Of a DNA stretch of 64,000 nucleotides, positions 17,465 through 27,212 are shown one piece after another. Position 1 is the stretch's first letter. Each line of letters opens with the position of its first letter. A program made the translations under genes and the position numbers. The notes beneath the pieces were generated by a model. It searched no databases and was not told the DNA's origin. It saw nothing but the letters and a program-made list of their open reading frames with translations. Source of the stretch: Dehalococcoidia bacterium (lineage in GTDB: Bacteria; Chloroflexota; Dehalococcoidia; Lucifugimonadales; UBA3495); assembly GCA_963667765.2 (NCBI GenBank), contig CAXXON010000001.1, forward strand, positions 1,055,087 to 1,119,086, in the 5' to 3' direction.

Positions 17465-19774
17465 ATGACCACCACCGAGCAACGTCCCAGCAGTGAATAC
17501 AAGGTCGTAGGCACAAGGCCCATACGCCACGACGGAATAGACAAGGTAACCGGAGCCGCCAAGTACGGTGCGGACATTCAGTTGGCCGGAATGCTGCATG
17601 GCAAGGTTCTCCGCAGCCCCTATGCCCACGCGCGCATCCGCAACATCGACACCAGCCGAGCGGAAGCCTTCCCTGGTGTGATGGCTGTGTTGACGGCAAA
17701 GGACTTCCCCATCATTCAGGACCAGATCATCGATCTGGCAGAGACGCAGGGCAACATACGACTGATGGCCGAGCACGTCATGGCCAACCAGAAGGCGCTG
17801 TACCAGGGCCACGCCGTCGCCGCCGTTGCTGCCACCAGCCCGCACATCGCGGAGCAGGCGCTGGGGCTGATCGACATCGACTACGAAGTGCTGGAGCCGG
17901 TCCTTTCTCTCGAGGATGCGATGCGGCCGGATGCGCCCATCATTCACGAAACCCTTTCCACTCACTTCAAGCAGGAGCGTTTCGCCCGCGGTGAGGACAC
18001 GGGCACTCGGGGCAACATCGCCAGCCACATCCAACACAAGCTGGGCGACCCGGAGAGGGGCTTCAAAGAGGCGGATGTCGTTCTCGAGCGCGAGTATCAC
18101 ACCGGCACCGTCCACCAGGGCTACATCGAGCCCCACGCGTCCACCGCCACCTGGACCGGCGACGGACGGCTGACCGTCTGGACCTGCACGCAGGGGGCCT
18201 TTGCCATCCGCAGCTCCACCGCGGCCATCTGCGGGGTGCCGGAGGACATGGTGCGGGTGATCCCCACTGAGATCGGCGGCGGCTTCGGCGCCAAGATCAC
18301 CACCTACCTGGAACCGCTGGCGGCAATCCTGTCCAAGAAGACGGGGCGCCCGGTCAAGCTGGTGATGAGCCGCAAGGACGTGTTCGAGGGCACCGGGCCC
18401 ACCTCCGCCACGACGCTGCGGACGAAGATCGGGGCCACCAAGGACGGAAAGATCACGGCCTGCCAGATCTGGATGGCCTTCGAGGCAGGCGCCTTCCCCG
18501 GCTCTCCAGTGGGTGGGGGCACCCTCTGCGCCACCGGGCCCTACAACATCGATAACCTGCTCATCGACGGCTACGATGTCGTTGTGAACAAACAGAAGGT
18601 CCAGGCCTACCGTGCGCCGGGCCAACCCCAGGGCGCCTTCGCAGTCGAACCGATAATCGACGAACTGGCCGCTGAGATTGGGATGGACCCAATGGAACTG
18701 CGGATCAAGAACGTCGCCAAGGAAGGCGACCGGATGCCCAACGGCGTCGCCCACCCCCGGTTCGGCGTCAAGGAAATGGAAGAGGCCATGAAGGCCCACC
18801 CACACTACAACGAGCCCTTGGGAGAGCCCAGCTCTCGCGCAGCCGTCCGCGGCCGGGGAGCGGCGGTGGGCTACCGCTGGCAGGCCGGTCAGATGTCGGC
18901 GGCAACCATCATCGTCAACAGCAACGGCACCATCAATCTGGTTACCGGCTCGGTGGACATCGGCGGTACTCGCACGGCTGTAGCGATGCAGGCCGCCGAG
19001 GTGCTGGGCATCGCGGCGGAGGACGTGATCCCGACGGTCGTTGACACCGACACCATCGGGTACACCGCAGTAACGGGCGGAAGCCGGACGGCCTTCGACA
19101 CCGGGCTGGCGGCGATCCAGGCCGCTGAAGACGTGAAGCGGCAGATGGCCGCCCGTGCATCGGCCATCTGGGAGGTGCAGGAGGATGATGTGGCCTTTGA
19201 GGACGGCGTCTTCGTCTGCAAAGTCAACTCCGAAGACCGTTTCACTTTCAAGGAACTGGCAGGACGCATGATGCGGACGGGTGGCGCCATCACCACCTCG
19301 GTTTCGGCGGTCTCCACGGGCGTTGGCCCGATCATTGCGGGCAACATCTTTGACGTCGAGGTCGACACGGACACGGGCAAGGTGGACATCGTCCGCTGTA
19401 CCGCCTTCATGGACGTGGGCACCGCGGTTCACCCCAGCTATGTGGAAGGGCAGATGCAGGGCGGCACGGTGCAGGGCATCGGCTGGGCGTTGAACGAAGA
19501 GTACAACTACAACGACCAGGGCGTGATGCTCAACTCAAGCTTCCTCGACTACCGCATGCCCACCAGCCTGGATGTGCCGATGATCGAGACCGTCATGCTG
19601 GAGATTCCGAATCCGCGGCACCCGTTCGGGCTACGCGGTGTGGGGGAGGCCCCTCTCATCCCGCCCCTGCCTGCAATAGCCAACGCCGTGTCCAACGCCA
19701 TCGGCGTGCGCGTCAACCAGCTGCCAATCACCCCGTCGGTCGTGCTGGATGCCATAGACAGCAAGGGCCAATAG
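17465..19774 (+). CDS. Xanthine dehydrogenase/aldehyde oxidase-family molybdopterin-binding large subunit
   Basis: 769 aa. N-terminus ...VGTRPIRHDGIDKVTGAAKYGADI..., EIGGGFGAK, and C-terminal ...GVGEAPLIPPLPAIANAV. Confidence 0.9.
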   Translation: MTTTEQRPSSEYKVVGTRPIRHDGIDKVTGAAKYGADIQLAGMLHGKVLRSPYAHARIRNIDTSRAEAFPGVMAVLTAKDFPIIQDQIIDLAETQGNIRLMAEHVMANQKALYQGHAVAAVAATSPHIAEQALGLIDIDYEVLEPVLSLEDAMRPDAPIIHETLSTHFKQERFARGEDTGTRGNIASHIQHKLGDPERGFKEADVVLEREYHTGTVHQGYIEPHASTATWTGDGRLTVWTCTQGAFAIRSSTAAICGVPEDMVRVIPTEIGGGFGAKITTYLEPLAAILSKKTGRPVKLVMSRKDVFEGTGPTSATTLRTKIGATKDGKITACQIWMAFEAGAFPGSPVGGGTLCATGPYNIDNLLIDGYDVVVNKQKVQAYRAPGQPQGAFAVEPIIDELAAEIGMDPMELRIKNVAKEGDRMPNGVAHPRFGVKEMEEAMKAHPHYNEPLGEPSSRAAVRGRGAAVGYRWQAGQMSAATIIVNSNGTINLVTGSVDIGGTRTAVAMQAAEVLGIAAEDVIPTVVDTDTIGYTAVTGGSRTAFDTGLAAIQAAEDVKRQMAARASAIWEVQEDDVAFEDGVFVCKVNSEDRFTFKELAGRMMRTGGAITTSVSAVSTGVGPIIAGNIFDVEVDTDTGKVDIVRCTAFMDVGTAVHPSYVEGQMQGGTVQGIGWALNEEYNYNDQGVMLNSSFLDYRMPTSLDVPMIETVMLEIPNPRHPFGLRGVGEAPLIPPLPAIANAVSNAIGVRVNQLPITPSVVLDAIDSKGQ

Positions 19775-19802
19775 GCTACATAACGAAATCAGGCCCTGAC
19801 AG

Positions 19803-19832
19803 CAGGCCCCGCGCGTTGCGGGGCCTGTTTTT
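19803..19832 (+). terminator. Rho-independent terminator
   Basis: CAGGCCCCGC-gcgtt-GCGGGGCCTG followed by TTTTT. Confidence 0.75.
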
Positions 19833-19974
19833 CGTTGTGAACCGCCGCCCCAATGGCCGTGCTACGATTTTGCGATGGCTAAAATATAGTGGCTAATCTC
19901 GCCCAATCCCAAATGCGCCCTCTAGCGCCCCGCCAACAGATCGGCGGGCTGCAGCGGGGAAAGCTGTCTTTGAC

Positions 19975-21225
19975 ATGACCACGCCAGCCCGCTCGTTTGG
20001 CCGATCCAGTTCGATTCTTGCCGTACTGGGCAATTCGGACTTCAGGCTGCTTTGGCTGGCCGGAGGGGCCGACAACTCGGGCCGGTGGATGGAAGCGGTG
20101 GTGATGGCGCTGCTGATGCTGGACATCGGCGGCTCCGCCCTCCAGGTCGCCCTGCTCTTCGCCTTCCGCTGGACTCCAATGCTGCTGTTTGCCCTCGTGT
20201 CAGGCATGGTGGCCGACCGGGCCAACCGCCGCTTGGTGATGATCGGAGTCAGGACGGGCATCGTAGCGGTGATGGCGGTCTTGCTGGTGCTGGTAGCCAG
20301 CGGCAGCGCCCGGCCCGAGCACCTGTTCATCGGTTCCCTGCTACTCGGCTGGCTTTACGTGCTGGAGTTCCCCTCGCGGCGATCGTACATCTACGAACTG
20401 GTGGGGAGCCGGGAACTGGTGGGGGCGATGTCGCTGGAGACGATCACCACCACCATCGGCAGGCTCCTGGGGCCGCTGGCAGCGGGAATCATCGTCGGTC
20501 AGGCAGGGTTCACGGTGGCCTTCGCCACCCTTGTCGGTCTCTACGGACTGGCGTTCCTGTTCGTGATGCTGGTCAGGACGAGACTGCCCGCCCGAGGAAA
20601 CGGCAGTTTCGCCCTGTGGACGGTGGCAAAGACGGGCTTCGGGTATGCCTTCAGGAACCCCATTGTGCGCGCGGTGCTTATGGGGACCATCATCTTCAAC
20701 GCGCTGGCCTTCAGCGTGGAATCGCTCTTCCCGGTGGTGGCCAAGGACCACCTGATGGTGGGCCCGGAGCTGACCGGCGTGCTCATCTCAGCGCAGTCGT
20801 TCGGGACGCTGGGAGCGGCCCTGGCCATCGGACTGGTCCCGAACCTGCGTTACCACGGCAGGGTGTTCTGCTTCGGAATGGCGATACAGCTTGTGAGCCT
20901 CATACTGTTCGCTCTGTCGCCGTGGTACCCGGTCTCGTTCGTGCTGCTGCTAATCTCGGGGCTTGGGGCCGCGGGGTTCAGCACGATGCAGAGCACGATA
21001 ATCATGATGTCGTCGCCTCCCGAAATCCGCGGCGCGGCCCTGGGGGTGCTGGGGCAGTGCATTGGCGTTGCCGCAGTGGGCGGGGTGATCGTGGGATTCG
21101 TGGCCGATTACCTGAGCGCCCAGGCTGCAGTGGCGCTGAGCACGGGACTCGGGCTCACCCTGCTGATACCGGTGATGCTCTTCACTTCCCTGGTGAAGAG
21201 CCCGATCAGCCCTGCGGAGGAGTGA
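19975..21225 (+). CDS. MFS transporter
   Basis: 416 aa with about 12 TM segments and the MFS loop motif GMVADRANRR. Confidence 0.8.
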   Translation: MTTPARSFGRSSSILAVLGNSDFRLLWLAGGADNSGRWMEAVVMALLMLDIGGSALQVALLFAFRWTPMLLFALVSGMVADRANRRLVMIGVRTGIVAVMAVLLVLVASGSARPEHLFIGSLLLGWLYVLEFPSRRSYIYELVGSRELVGAMSLETITTTIGRLLGPLAAGIIVGQAGFTVAFATLVGLYGLAFLFVMLVRTRLPARGNGSFALWTVAKTGFGYAFRNPIVRAVLMGTIIFNALAFSVESLFPVVAKDHLMVGPELTGVLISAQSFGTLGAALAIGLVPNLRYHGRVFCFGMAIQLVSLILFALSPWYPVSFVLLLISGLGAAGFSTMQSTIIMMSSPPEIRGAALGVLGQCIGVAAVGGVIVGFVADYLSAQAAVALSTGLGLTLLIPVMLFTSLVKSPISPAEE

Positions 21226-21287
21226 CGCCGGGACGATGTGCTACGCCATCACCCCTTCGGCTGGCTCACGAGAGGCCTAGCCCCCTC

Positions 21288-21333
21288 CCGTCATTCCAAC
21301 CCCTAGCCGTCATTCCCGCGAAAGTGGGAATCC
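21288..21333. repeat. REP family 1: half-site plus full hairpin between convergent genes
   Basis: ccgtcattcc... then ccgtcattcccgcgaaagtgggaatcc (21307-21333), ending 5 nt from the CoA-transferase stop codon. Confidence 0.75.
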
Positions 21334-21338
21334 ACTCC

Positions 21339-22595
21339 CTACAGTGCGCCATCTGCTTCCAGGGCTTCCAATTCATCGGGTGTCAGGCCGCCTATGTCGC
21401 AGAGGATTTCGTGGTTGTGCTGGCCGAGGGTGGGCGGAGTCCCGGCGGGCGAGTCTACGCAGGCGGTGAGGCGCACCGGCGTGCGCGGTGAGCGGAAGAT
21501 GCCGCCAAGCGTGTCGCCGGTGTCGACATACATCTGCCGGCTCTCCAGGTGGGGGCAGTGGGCCAACTCCTCCATGGTCTGGGCCATTCCCATCGAGAAT
21601 CCGAGAGGAACCAGCTTTTCCGCAATCTCCAGCTTGGTCAGGTGGACGGACCACTGCTCAATGGCGGGGATAAACTCGTTCACGAAGAACTCACCGCCCT
21701 GCTCCCCGCCCAGAAAGCGAGGGTCAACGGCCAAATCGTCGCGCCCGATGGTCTGCCAGAGGGAGCGCAGCCGCTCCTCCGAGCGGGCGCCGGCGAGCAC
21801 GATGTAGCCGTCCTTGGCCCGGAAGGTCACGCCCGCCGTCGCCATGCGGTCGTGGGAGCGCATTGGAGCTTTCCCCGTCGCGTGGTAGTGGTTCATGTTG
21901 CTCTCGATGTGGGAGACCATGCACTCGTACATCGCCACATCGATGTGCTGGCCGCGCCCGGTCTTGCGGCGGGTCTCGAGGGCGAGGATGATGCTGAGGG
22001 CGGCCCACAGGCCCGGAATGGAGTCGCCGATGTTGTCTCCCACCGCCTGGGGTCGGCCATCGGGGTCTCCGGTCATCTCCATCCACCCGGCCATGGCCTG
22101 GATGGCCATGTTGTTGGCGGGCCAGTTGGAGTAGGGTCCGGTCAGACCTTCGCTGTCACCGTAGCCCGTGATGCTGGCGTAGACCAGGCCGGGGTTGACC
22201 TCGCTTAGGCGGTCGTAACCCAGTCCCAGGCGGCGGAATGCACCGGAGCCCCAGTTGTCCACCAGCACATCGGAGACGGCAACGAGGTTCTCGAATGCCT
22301 GCTTGCAGCGCGGGTTGCGAAGGTCGATGCTTACGCTCTTCTTGTTGCGGTTGATGCCCAGGAACCGGGAGCTGATGCTGTTGCCGTCGTTGTCGGATAC
22401 GAAGGGAGTCCTTCCGCGGGCGATGTCGCCGGTGCGAGGGCGCTCGATCTTGATCACCTCTGCGCCCATGTCTGCCAGGATGAGCGAGCAAAATGGGCCG
22501 GCGACGATGTGGGTGGCGTCCAGCACGCGGATGCCCTCCAGGGGGAGTGGCAGTCCGGTGGGGATGCTGAGAGGGAACTGCGACGGGGTGGTCAT
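21339..22595 (-). CDS. Family III CoA-transferase (CaiB/BaiF)
   Basis: 418 aa. ...GIRVLDATHIVAGPFCSLILADMGAEVIKIERP... is the family hallmark. Confidence 0.9.
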   Translation of the reverse strand: MTTPSQFPLSIPTGLPLPLEGIRVLDATHIVAGPFCSLILADMGAEVIKIERPRTGDIARGRTPFVSDNDGNSISSRFLGINRNKKSVSIDLRNPRCKQAFENLVAVSDVLVDNWGSGAFRRLGLGYDRLSEVNPGLVYASITGYGDSEGLTGPYSNWPANNMAIQAMAGWMEMTGDPDGRPQAVGDNIGDSIPGLWAALSIILALETRRKTGRGQHIDVAMYECMVSHIESNMNHYHATGKAPMRSHDRMATAGVTFRAKDGYIVLAGARSEERLRSLWQTIGRDDLAVDPRFLGGEQGGEFFVNEFIPAIEQWSVHLTKLEIAEKLVPLGFSMGMAQTMEELAHCPHLESRQMYVDTGDTLGGIFRSPRTPVRLTACVDSPAGTPPTLGQHNHEILCDIGGLTPDELEALEADGAL

Positions 22596-22684
22596 GGCGC
22601 TACTCCGGTTAACTGGGTGATTCCAGTATTTTATGGGGTACCCTATGGCCTTATGATAATGGCAATTGTCGAGGAGGGAACTGG

Positions 22685-23149
22685 ATGAAGGCGAAAGGAG
22701 TTTCTCACATCGCGGTGTGCGTCGCGGACCTGGAGCGGTCCCTGCATTTCTATCGAGACCTGCTGGGTCTGACGGTCAGGCTGCACACCACGCAGCAGAT
22801 GGCACGGAGGCCGGGTGCTGAGTCGGCCGAGATGTACCAGCGGACGCGGGAATCCCGCACGGTGGCGAATGTGTACTTCGACGACCCTGACACGACCGAG
22901 CCGTTCCTGGTTCTGACTTCCCATCCCGGAGACGAGGTCGAAGGGGAGCCCATCAAGCTTGACCAGATCGGAATCAGCCACATCTCCTTCGGAGTGGAGG
23001 ACGTGCGGGCCTACGCCGAAGAGCTGGTGGCCAAGGGAGTCCCACTGGCAGGAACGATGGCCGACTTCACCAACGACCAGGGCGAGATGCGTACCTTCTT
23101 CGTATACGATCCCGACGGCATCCTGGTGCAGTTCGACACCGGGCTTTAG
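22685..23149 (+). CDS. VOC/glyoxalase-family protein
   Basis: 154 aa. ...GVSHIAVCVADLERSLHFYRDLLGL... and ...GISHISFGVEDV... Confidence 0.8.
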   Translation: MKAKGVSHIAVCVADLERSLHFYRDLLGLTVRLHTTQQMARRPGAESAEMYQRTRESRTVANVYFDDPDTTEPFLVLTSHPGDEVEGEPIKLDQIGISHISFGVEDVRAYAEELVAKGVPLAGTMADFTNDQGEMRTFFVYDPDGILVQFDTGL

Positions 23150-23196
23150 TAACTATCTCAAGAACCGCTATAGTCCAAATCCGCCAAAATCCAAAA

Positions 23197-23355
23197 CCGC
23201 CATTCCCACAAAGGACCCGTCATTCCCGCAAAGGACCCGTCATTCCCGCGAAAGCGGGAATCCAGGATTCCTTGCTGATGAAGAGCGTTTTGGCTACAGA
23301 AGCGAGTGGATTCCTGACTCCGCAGGAATGACGAGATAATCTTGGGAATGACGGG
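23197..23355. repeat. REP family 1 cluster: two tandem half-sites, a composite MITE-like copy B (23237-23333), and a trailing half-site
   Basis: ccgccattcccacaaaggac / ccgtcattcccgcaaaggac / ccgtcattcccgcgaaagcgggaatcc - core - ggattcctgactccgcaggaatgacg / gggaatgacgg. Confidence 0.8.
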
Positions 23356-23387
23356 ATAATTTGATGACACAGTCTGGTAGGCGGCGT

Positions 23388-24830
23388 TCATCCCTCGGGG
23401 AACTGGTAGCTGTCGAGTAGGCTGTCGACCAGGCCGGTGGCGCGGTCCCAGTTGTAGGTGCGGTAGGAGTTGTTGCGGACGACATACCCAGCGCCGGCGT
23501 AGAACAACTCGAACTGGATGTGCCGGGATGCAAACTCCGAGCCGATGGCGTCCCAGGCCAGCTTGAAGAGCTTCACCCGGTCCCCGGTCTCCGGGCCAAC
23601 AGCGCTCTGGCTGCGCGCGATGTAGTCTGCCTCTTCTGGGTTGGCGAAGTCCTTGACAGATGAGGGCAGCATGATGGGGCTGCTTCCGGCGAGCTCACGC
23701 AGGGTTTGCATCACCTGGGGGTAGAGCTCCTGGGCCATGACCTGCGCCGTGTACAAGGGATGGCGGTCGGGCACGAAGTAGGGGCCGACATAGCGGCCAG
23801 TGGCTTCCATGCCGTTGACGAGGCCCTCAATCACCCCCGCCTGCGCCGCAAGCCTGCCCAGGGTCTCGACCACCTGCGGGATGCTGGTGAGCTCGTTGGC
23901 GTCGGCAATCTTGCGGGCCAGGCCGATAAGGAAACGCAGCTTTACCATCACCCGCACCTGGGACTGGTAGTTCTGGAAGATGTGGGTGGGGGCCTCGTGG
24001 AACTGGTCCCGGCAGAGGGCGATGTCCTTGTAGACGAACACGCGGTCCCAGGGGACCTTGACCTCGTCGAAGTAGATGATCGCGTCGTTTTCGTCGAGGC
24101 GGCTCGACAGCGGATTGTCGAACTCGCTGGATGCCCAGGCCTCGAAGGACTTGCGGGAAAGGATCTTGAGCCCGGGCGTTCCCATGGGCACGGCCGCCGA
24201 AAAGGCGTGCTTCTCGGCACCGGGCCGCAGGGGCTGGATAGTGGTGATCAGCACCTCGTTGGCCAGGATGCTGCTGGTGCCGAGGGTCTTCGCGCCCTTG
24301 ATGGTCACGCCGGTCGAGTCCTCGTCGCAGATGCCGGCCACAAGGAACTCATCGTGCTCGCCGGTCCAGCCCTGGGGGTTGGTGATCACGTAGGTCACGA
24401 ACAGGTCGTTGTCGCGGACATACTGGTAGTAGTCGGAGAGGGCCCGGGCCCTCTCCTTGCCGTGGGCCTCGAACAGGTCGAGGCGCATCATCATCCCTGC
24501 CAGCGACGAGGCCACATGGTCCGGGGACCGGCCGAGATACCCGTAGGTGCATTCGGCCCAGGCCTCCATGGATTTGCGGCGGGCGACAAGCTCCGCGTAG
24601 GACTCGGGCAGTTGCCAGGAGCGGTTGACCCGGCCGCCGCTGGTTGGGGACTCAAAGGTCATCAGTTCCATGTTCGCGGGGTCTGCCTGAAAGTCGTAGA
24701 GCGAAGCGGTGGTGCGCACGGCGTTGCAGTAGGCAGGATGGTCGACCACGTCGGTGATCAGTTCGCCGTCCAGGTACACCTGGCGTCCGTCCCGCACGCT
24801 GTCCAGGTATTGCTGTCCAGTTTTTGTCAT
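23388..24830 (-). CDS. 4-hydroxyphenylacetate 3-monooxygenase oxygenase-component family (HpaB-like)
   Basis: About 480 aa from MTKTGQQYLDSVRDGRQVYLDGELI..., a typical HpaB N-terminus. The upstream 23 codons of the ORF track look non-coding. Confidence 0.8.
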   Translation of the reverse strand: MTKTGQQYLDSVRDGRQVYLDGELITDVVDHPAYCNAVRTTASLYDFQADPANMELMTFESPTSGGRVNRSWQLPESYAELVARRKSMEAWAECTYGYLGRSPDHVASSLAGMMMRLDLFEAHGKERARALSDYYQYVRDNDLFVTYVITNPQGWTGEHDEFLVAGICDEDSTGVTIKGAKTLGTSSILANEVLITTIQPLRPGAEKHAFSAAVPMGTPGLKILSRKSFEAWASSEFDNPLSSRLDENDAIIYFDEVKVPWDRVFVYKDIALCRDQFHEAPTHIFQNYQSQVRVMVKLRFLIGLARKIADANELTSIPQVVETLGRLAAQAGVIEGLVNGMEATGRYVGPYFVPDRHPLYTAQVMAQELYPQVMQTLRELAGSSPIMLPSSVKDFANPEEADYIARSQSAVGPETGDRVKLFKLAWDAIGSEFASRHIQFELFYAGAGYVVRNNSYRTYNWDRATGLVDSLLDSYQFPEG

Positions 24831-24924
24831 CGTTTGGCCCTTCAGGTAGGGGATTCGAAAAATAGAGGCCAATGATAGCACGAGCCAGGGCAAATGCATT
24901 CTAAACTTGATACGCGGTGCAGCC

Positions 24925-25020
24925 CCGTCATTCCCGCGAAAGCGGGAATCCAGAGGGTTCTGCGCCGATACAATCAGCTTCGGGCAGTGAGGCCTGGATT
25001 CCCGTTTCTCGGGAATGACG
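24925..25020. repeat. Composite MITE-like element (REP family 1, copy C, diverged core)
   Basis: Left arm ccgtcattcccgcgaaagcgggaatcc (24925-24951) and right arm ggattcccgtttctcgggaatgacg (24996-25020). Confidence 0.7.
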
Positions 25021-25098
25021 ATTTATTGCGCTCCTTAAAATTAGAATGCGGTTGCCCTGTAACACGGGCCTTCCAGGGCCCGATACGGGGAACAGCTT

Positions 25099-25107
25099 TG
25101 CTATAAT
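25099..25107 (+). promoter_or_regulatory. Extended -10 element (TGCTATAAT) upstream of xth
   Basis: Seen directly, 33 nt upstream of ATG 25140. No good -35 element. Confidence 0.3.
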
Positions 25108-25139
25108 CGGGCGGCAGTCTGCCTACTTGGCGAGGGGTT

Positions 25140-25904
25140 ATGCGTCTGATTTCCTGGAATGTCAACGGGATCCGTGCGGTGCACAAGAAGGGTCTTTTCC
25201 TGGGGTGGCTGGAGGAAGAACAGCCGGATGTGCTGTGCCTCCAGGAGACGAAAGCCCACGAGTCGCAGCTGACCGAGGCGATCAAGCAGGTCGAGGGCTA
25301 TACTTCCTGGTTCTCGATGCCGGAGCGCAAGGGGTACAGCGGCGTGGCCCTGTACACGAAGCAGCAGCCACGCAGCGTCAGCCTCGGCCTGGGCGTGGAA
25401 CGGTTCGACAACGAGGGTCGCACGGTGGTCGCTGACTTCGACGACTTCGTGCTTCTCGGCATCTACTTCCCCAACGGCAAGCGGTCGGCGGAGCGGCTGC
25501 GGTACAAGATGGAGTTCTACGACGCTTTCTTGGACTACGTGCAGAACCTGCGCCAGGAGGGCCGGAGCGTAGTGGTGTGCGGTGATGTGAACACCGCCCA
25601 CAAGGAGATCGACCTAGCCCGCCCCAAGGAGAACGAGAAGATTTCAGGCTTCCTGCCCGAGGAACGGGCCTGGATGGACACCTTCCTGGAGCGCGGGTAC
25701 GTGGACACCTTCCGGCAATTTAACCAGGATCCGGGGAACTACAGCTGGTGGGACCAGATGACCCGGGCGCGGGACCGGAATGTGGGCTGGCGCATCGACT
25801 ACTTCTTCACCGACGCCGATTTCGCCTCCAACCTCACGGACGGTTTCATCCTGCCGGAGGTGATGGGATCGGACCACTGCCCGGTGGGCATCGAGATTTC
25901 CTGA
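25140..25904 (+). CDS. xth: Exodeoxyribonuclease III
   Basis: 254 aa. [13 protein letters not shown]..., ...LCLQETK..., ...SDHCPV... are canonical EEP nuclease motifs. Confidence 0.9.
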   Translation: MRLISWNVNGIRAVHKKGLFLGWLEEEQPDVLCLQETKAHESQLTEAIKQVEGYTSWFSMPERKGYSGVALYTKQQPRSVSLGLGVERFDNEGRTVVADFDDFVLLGIYFPNGKRSAERLRYKMEFYDAFLDYVQNLRQEGRSVVVCGDVNTAHKEIDLARPKENEKISGFLPEERAWMDTFLERGYVDTFRQFNQDPGNYSWWDQMTRARDRNVGWRIDYFFTDADFASNLTDGFILPEVMGSDHCPVGIEIS

Positions 25905-25984
25905 ACACCAGGGCCTGTCCACTGCCGTTTGCTATACTGGCAGCCACAATCAACCTGCGCTGAATCTACCGTAGGAGCGTCCAG

Positions 25985-27145
25985 ATGAAAGATTCCGTTG
26001 AGGTCTTCTTCCATTCCCAGCAACCGTACACGCATCTGGACGAGTCCGAGATCGCGCAGTACAAGTCGGGGCGGCTGGACTTCCCCAACACCTACTTCGA
26101 CCCCGAAAAGGCGTATCACCTCTACAACCAGTACCACGAGCAGTACGCCATGGCCGACGAGGCGGGACTCGACGGCATCATGACCAACGAGCACCACTCC
26201 TCGTACTGGAACATGAAGCCCTCGGCAAACCTTGACGCAGCCGTGATCAGCCGCATCACCCATCGCGTGAAAATAGCCATCCTCGGCAACATCATCCCGA
26301 TCAACGAGCCGGTACGAATGGCCGAGGAACTGGCGATGCTGGACTGCTTTTCCAACGGGCGCCTCATCTCAGGCTTCGTGCGGGGAGGTGCGGTGGAGAC
26401 CCTGCAGGCCGGAATCGACCCCACCGAAAACCGGGACCGCTTTGAGGAAGCCCACGACCTGATCATCAAGTGCTGGACCCAGCCGGGGCCCTTCCGGTTC
26501 GAGGGCCGGTACTACCACCATAGGGTCGTCAACCCGTGGGTGCTGCCGGTGCAGAAGCCACATCCGCCGGTGTGGTTCCCGGGCGGCAGCAGCCCGGAGA
26601 GCGTGGTGTGGGCGGCCAGCCACCAGTATGCCTACATGAACCTCGGCGCGCTGATCGGCCTGACCAAGGAACTCAAACAGGTCTACATCGACACGGCCAG
26701 GGAAGTGGGTTTCACCCCAGGGCCGGAGCACTTCGGCTACCAGGTGCGGGCTCTGGTGGCGGACACGGAGGAGAAGGCCCAGGAGCTTGGGCGCGGCTTC
26801 CTCTGGGCGGGCCAACACCGTATGCGTGGGCCTGTGGAGCATGTGGACCCGCCGGGGTACCAATCGCCCACGGCCAGCCGGCTGGCGGCCCGAAGGATCG
26901 GCGGAGGCGGCGGAATGGCGATGGGCTACGAGGACCTGCAGGAAGTCGGGGCCATCATCGTGGGCACTCCCGACACTGTGATTCGGAGGCTGTCCGACAC
27001 CATCGGCCAGTTGAACCCCGGCTACATGATTCTCATAGGAAGCGACGGCAACATCCCCCACAAGGATGTCATGCGGTCGGTCGAACTGCTGGGCAAGGAA
27101 GTCGTGCCGGCATTGCACGAAATCCAGCTGGCCCCGTACGAATAG
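25985..27145 (+). CDS. LLM-class (luciferase-like) flavin-dependent oxidoreductase
   Basis: 386 aa. ...GLDGIMTNEHHSS... and ...MLDCFSNGRLISGFVRGG... are typical of LLM monooxygenases. Confidence 0.8.
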   Translation: MKDSVEVFFHSQQPYTHLDESEIAQYKSGRLDFPNTYFDPEKAYHLYNQYHEQYAMADEAGLDGIMTNEHHSSYWNMKPSANLDAAVISRITHRVKIAILGNIIPINEPVRMAEELAMLDCFSNGRLISGFVRGGAVETLQAGIDPTENRDRFEEAHDLIIKCWTQPGPFRFEGRYYHHRVVNPWVLPVQKPHPPVWFPGGSSPESVVWAASHQYAYMNLGALIGLTKELKQVYIDTAREVGFTPGPEHFGYQVRALVADTEEKAQELGRGFLWAGQHRMRGPVEHVDPPGYQSPTASRLAARRIGGGGGMAMGYEDLQEVGAIIVGTPDTVIRRLSDTIGQLNPGYMILIGSDGNIPHKDVMRSVELLGKEVVPALHEIQLAPYE

Positions 27146-27212
27146 CAGGCATGAGGCGGTCGCCACCGGTTGGTATAATCCATGGCTGGTCGAGTGAAGA
27201 CGCGAGGAAGAA

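Noticed and set aside
17252-19432. Very long antisense or alternative-frame ORFs. Examples: 726 aa opposite the molybdoenzyme; 20052-21491 (+) in the MFS gene; 35429-36745 (-) in dnaG; 36837-37988 (-) and 38163-39221 (-) in rpoD; 41468-42598 (+) in glmU; 54870-56732 (+), 57896-59302 (+), 57981-59330 (-), 59577-62030 (+) and 60301-61869 (-) in the element.
   Set aside because: Their translations are Arg/Gly/Pro/His-rich low-complexity strings. This is typical of stop-poor shadow frames in high-GC DNA. Each one overlaps a frame with clear family motifs.
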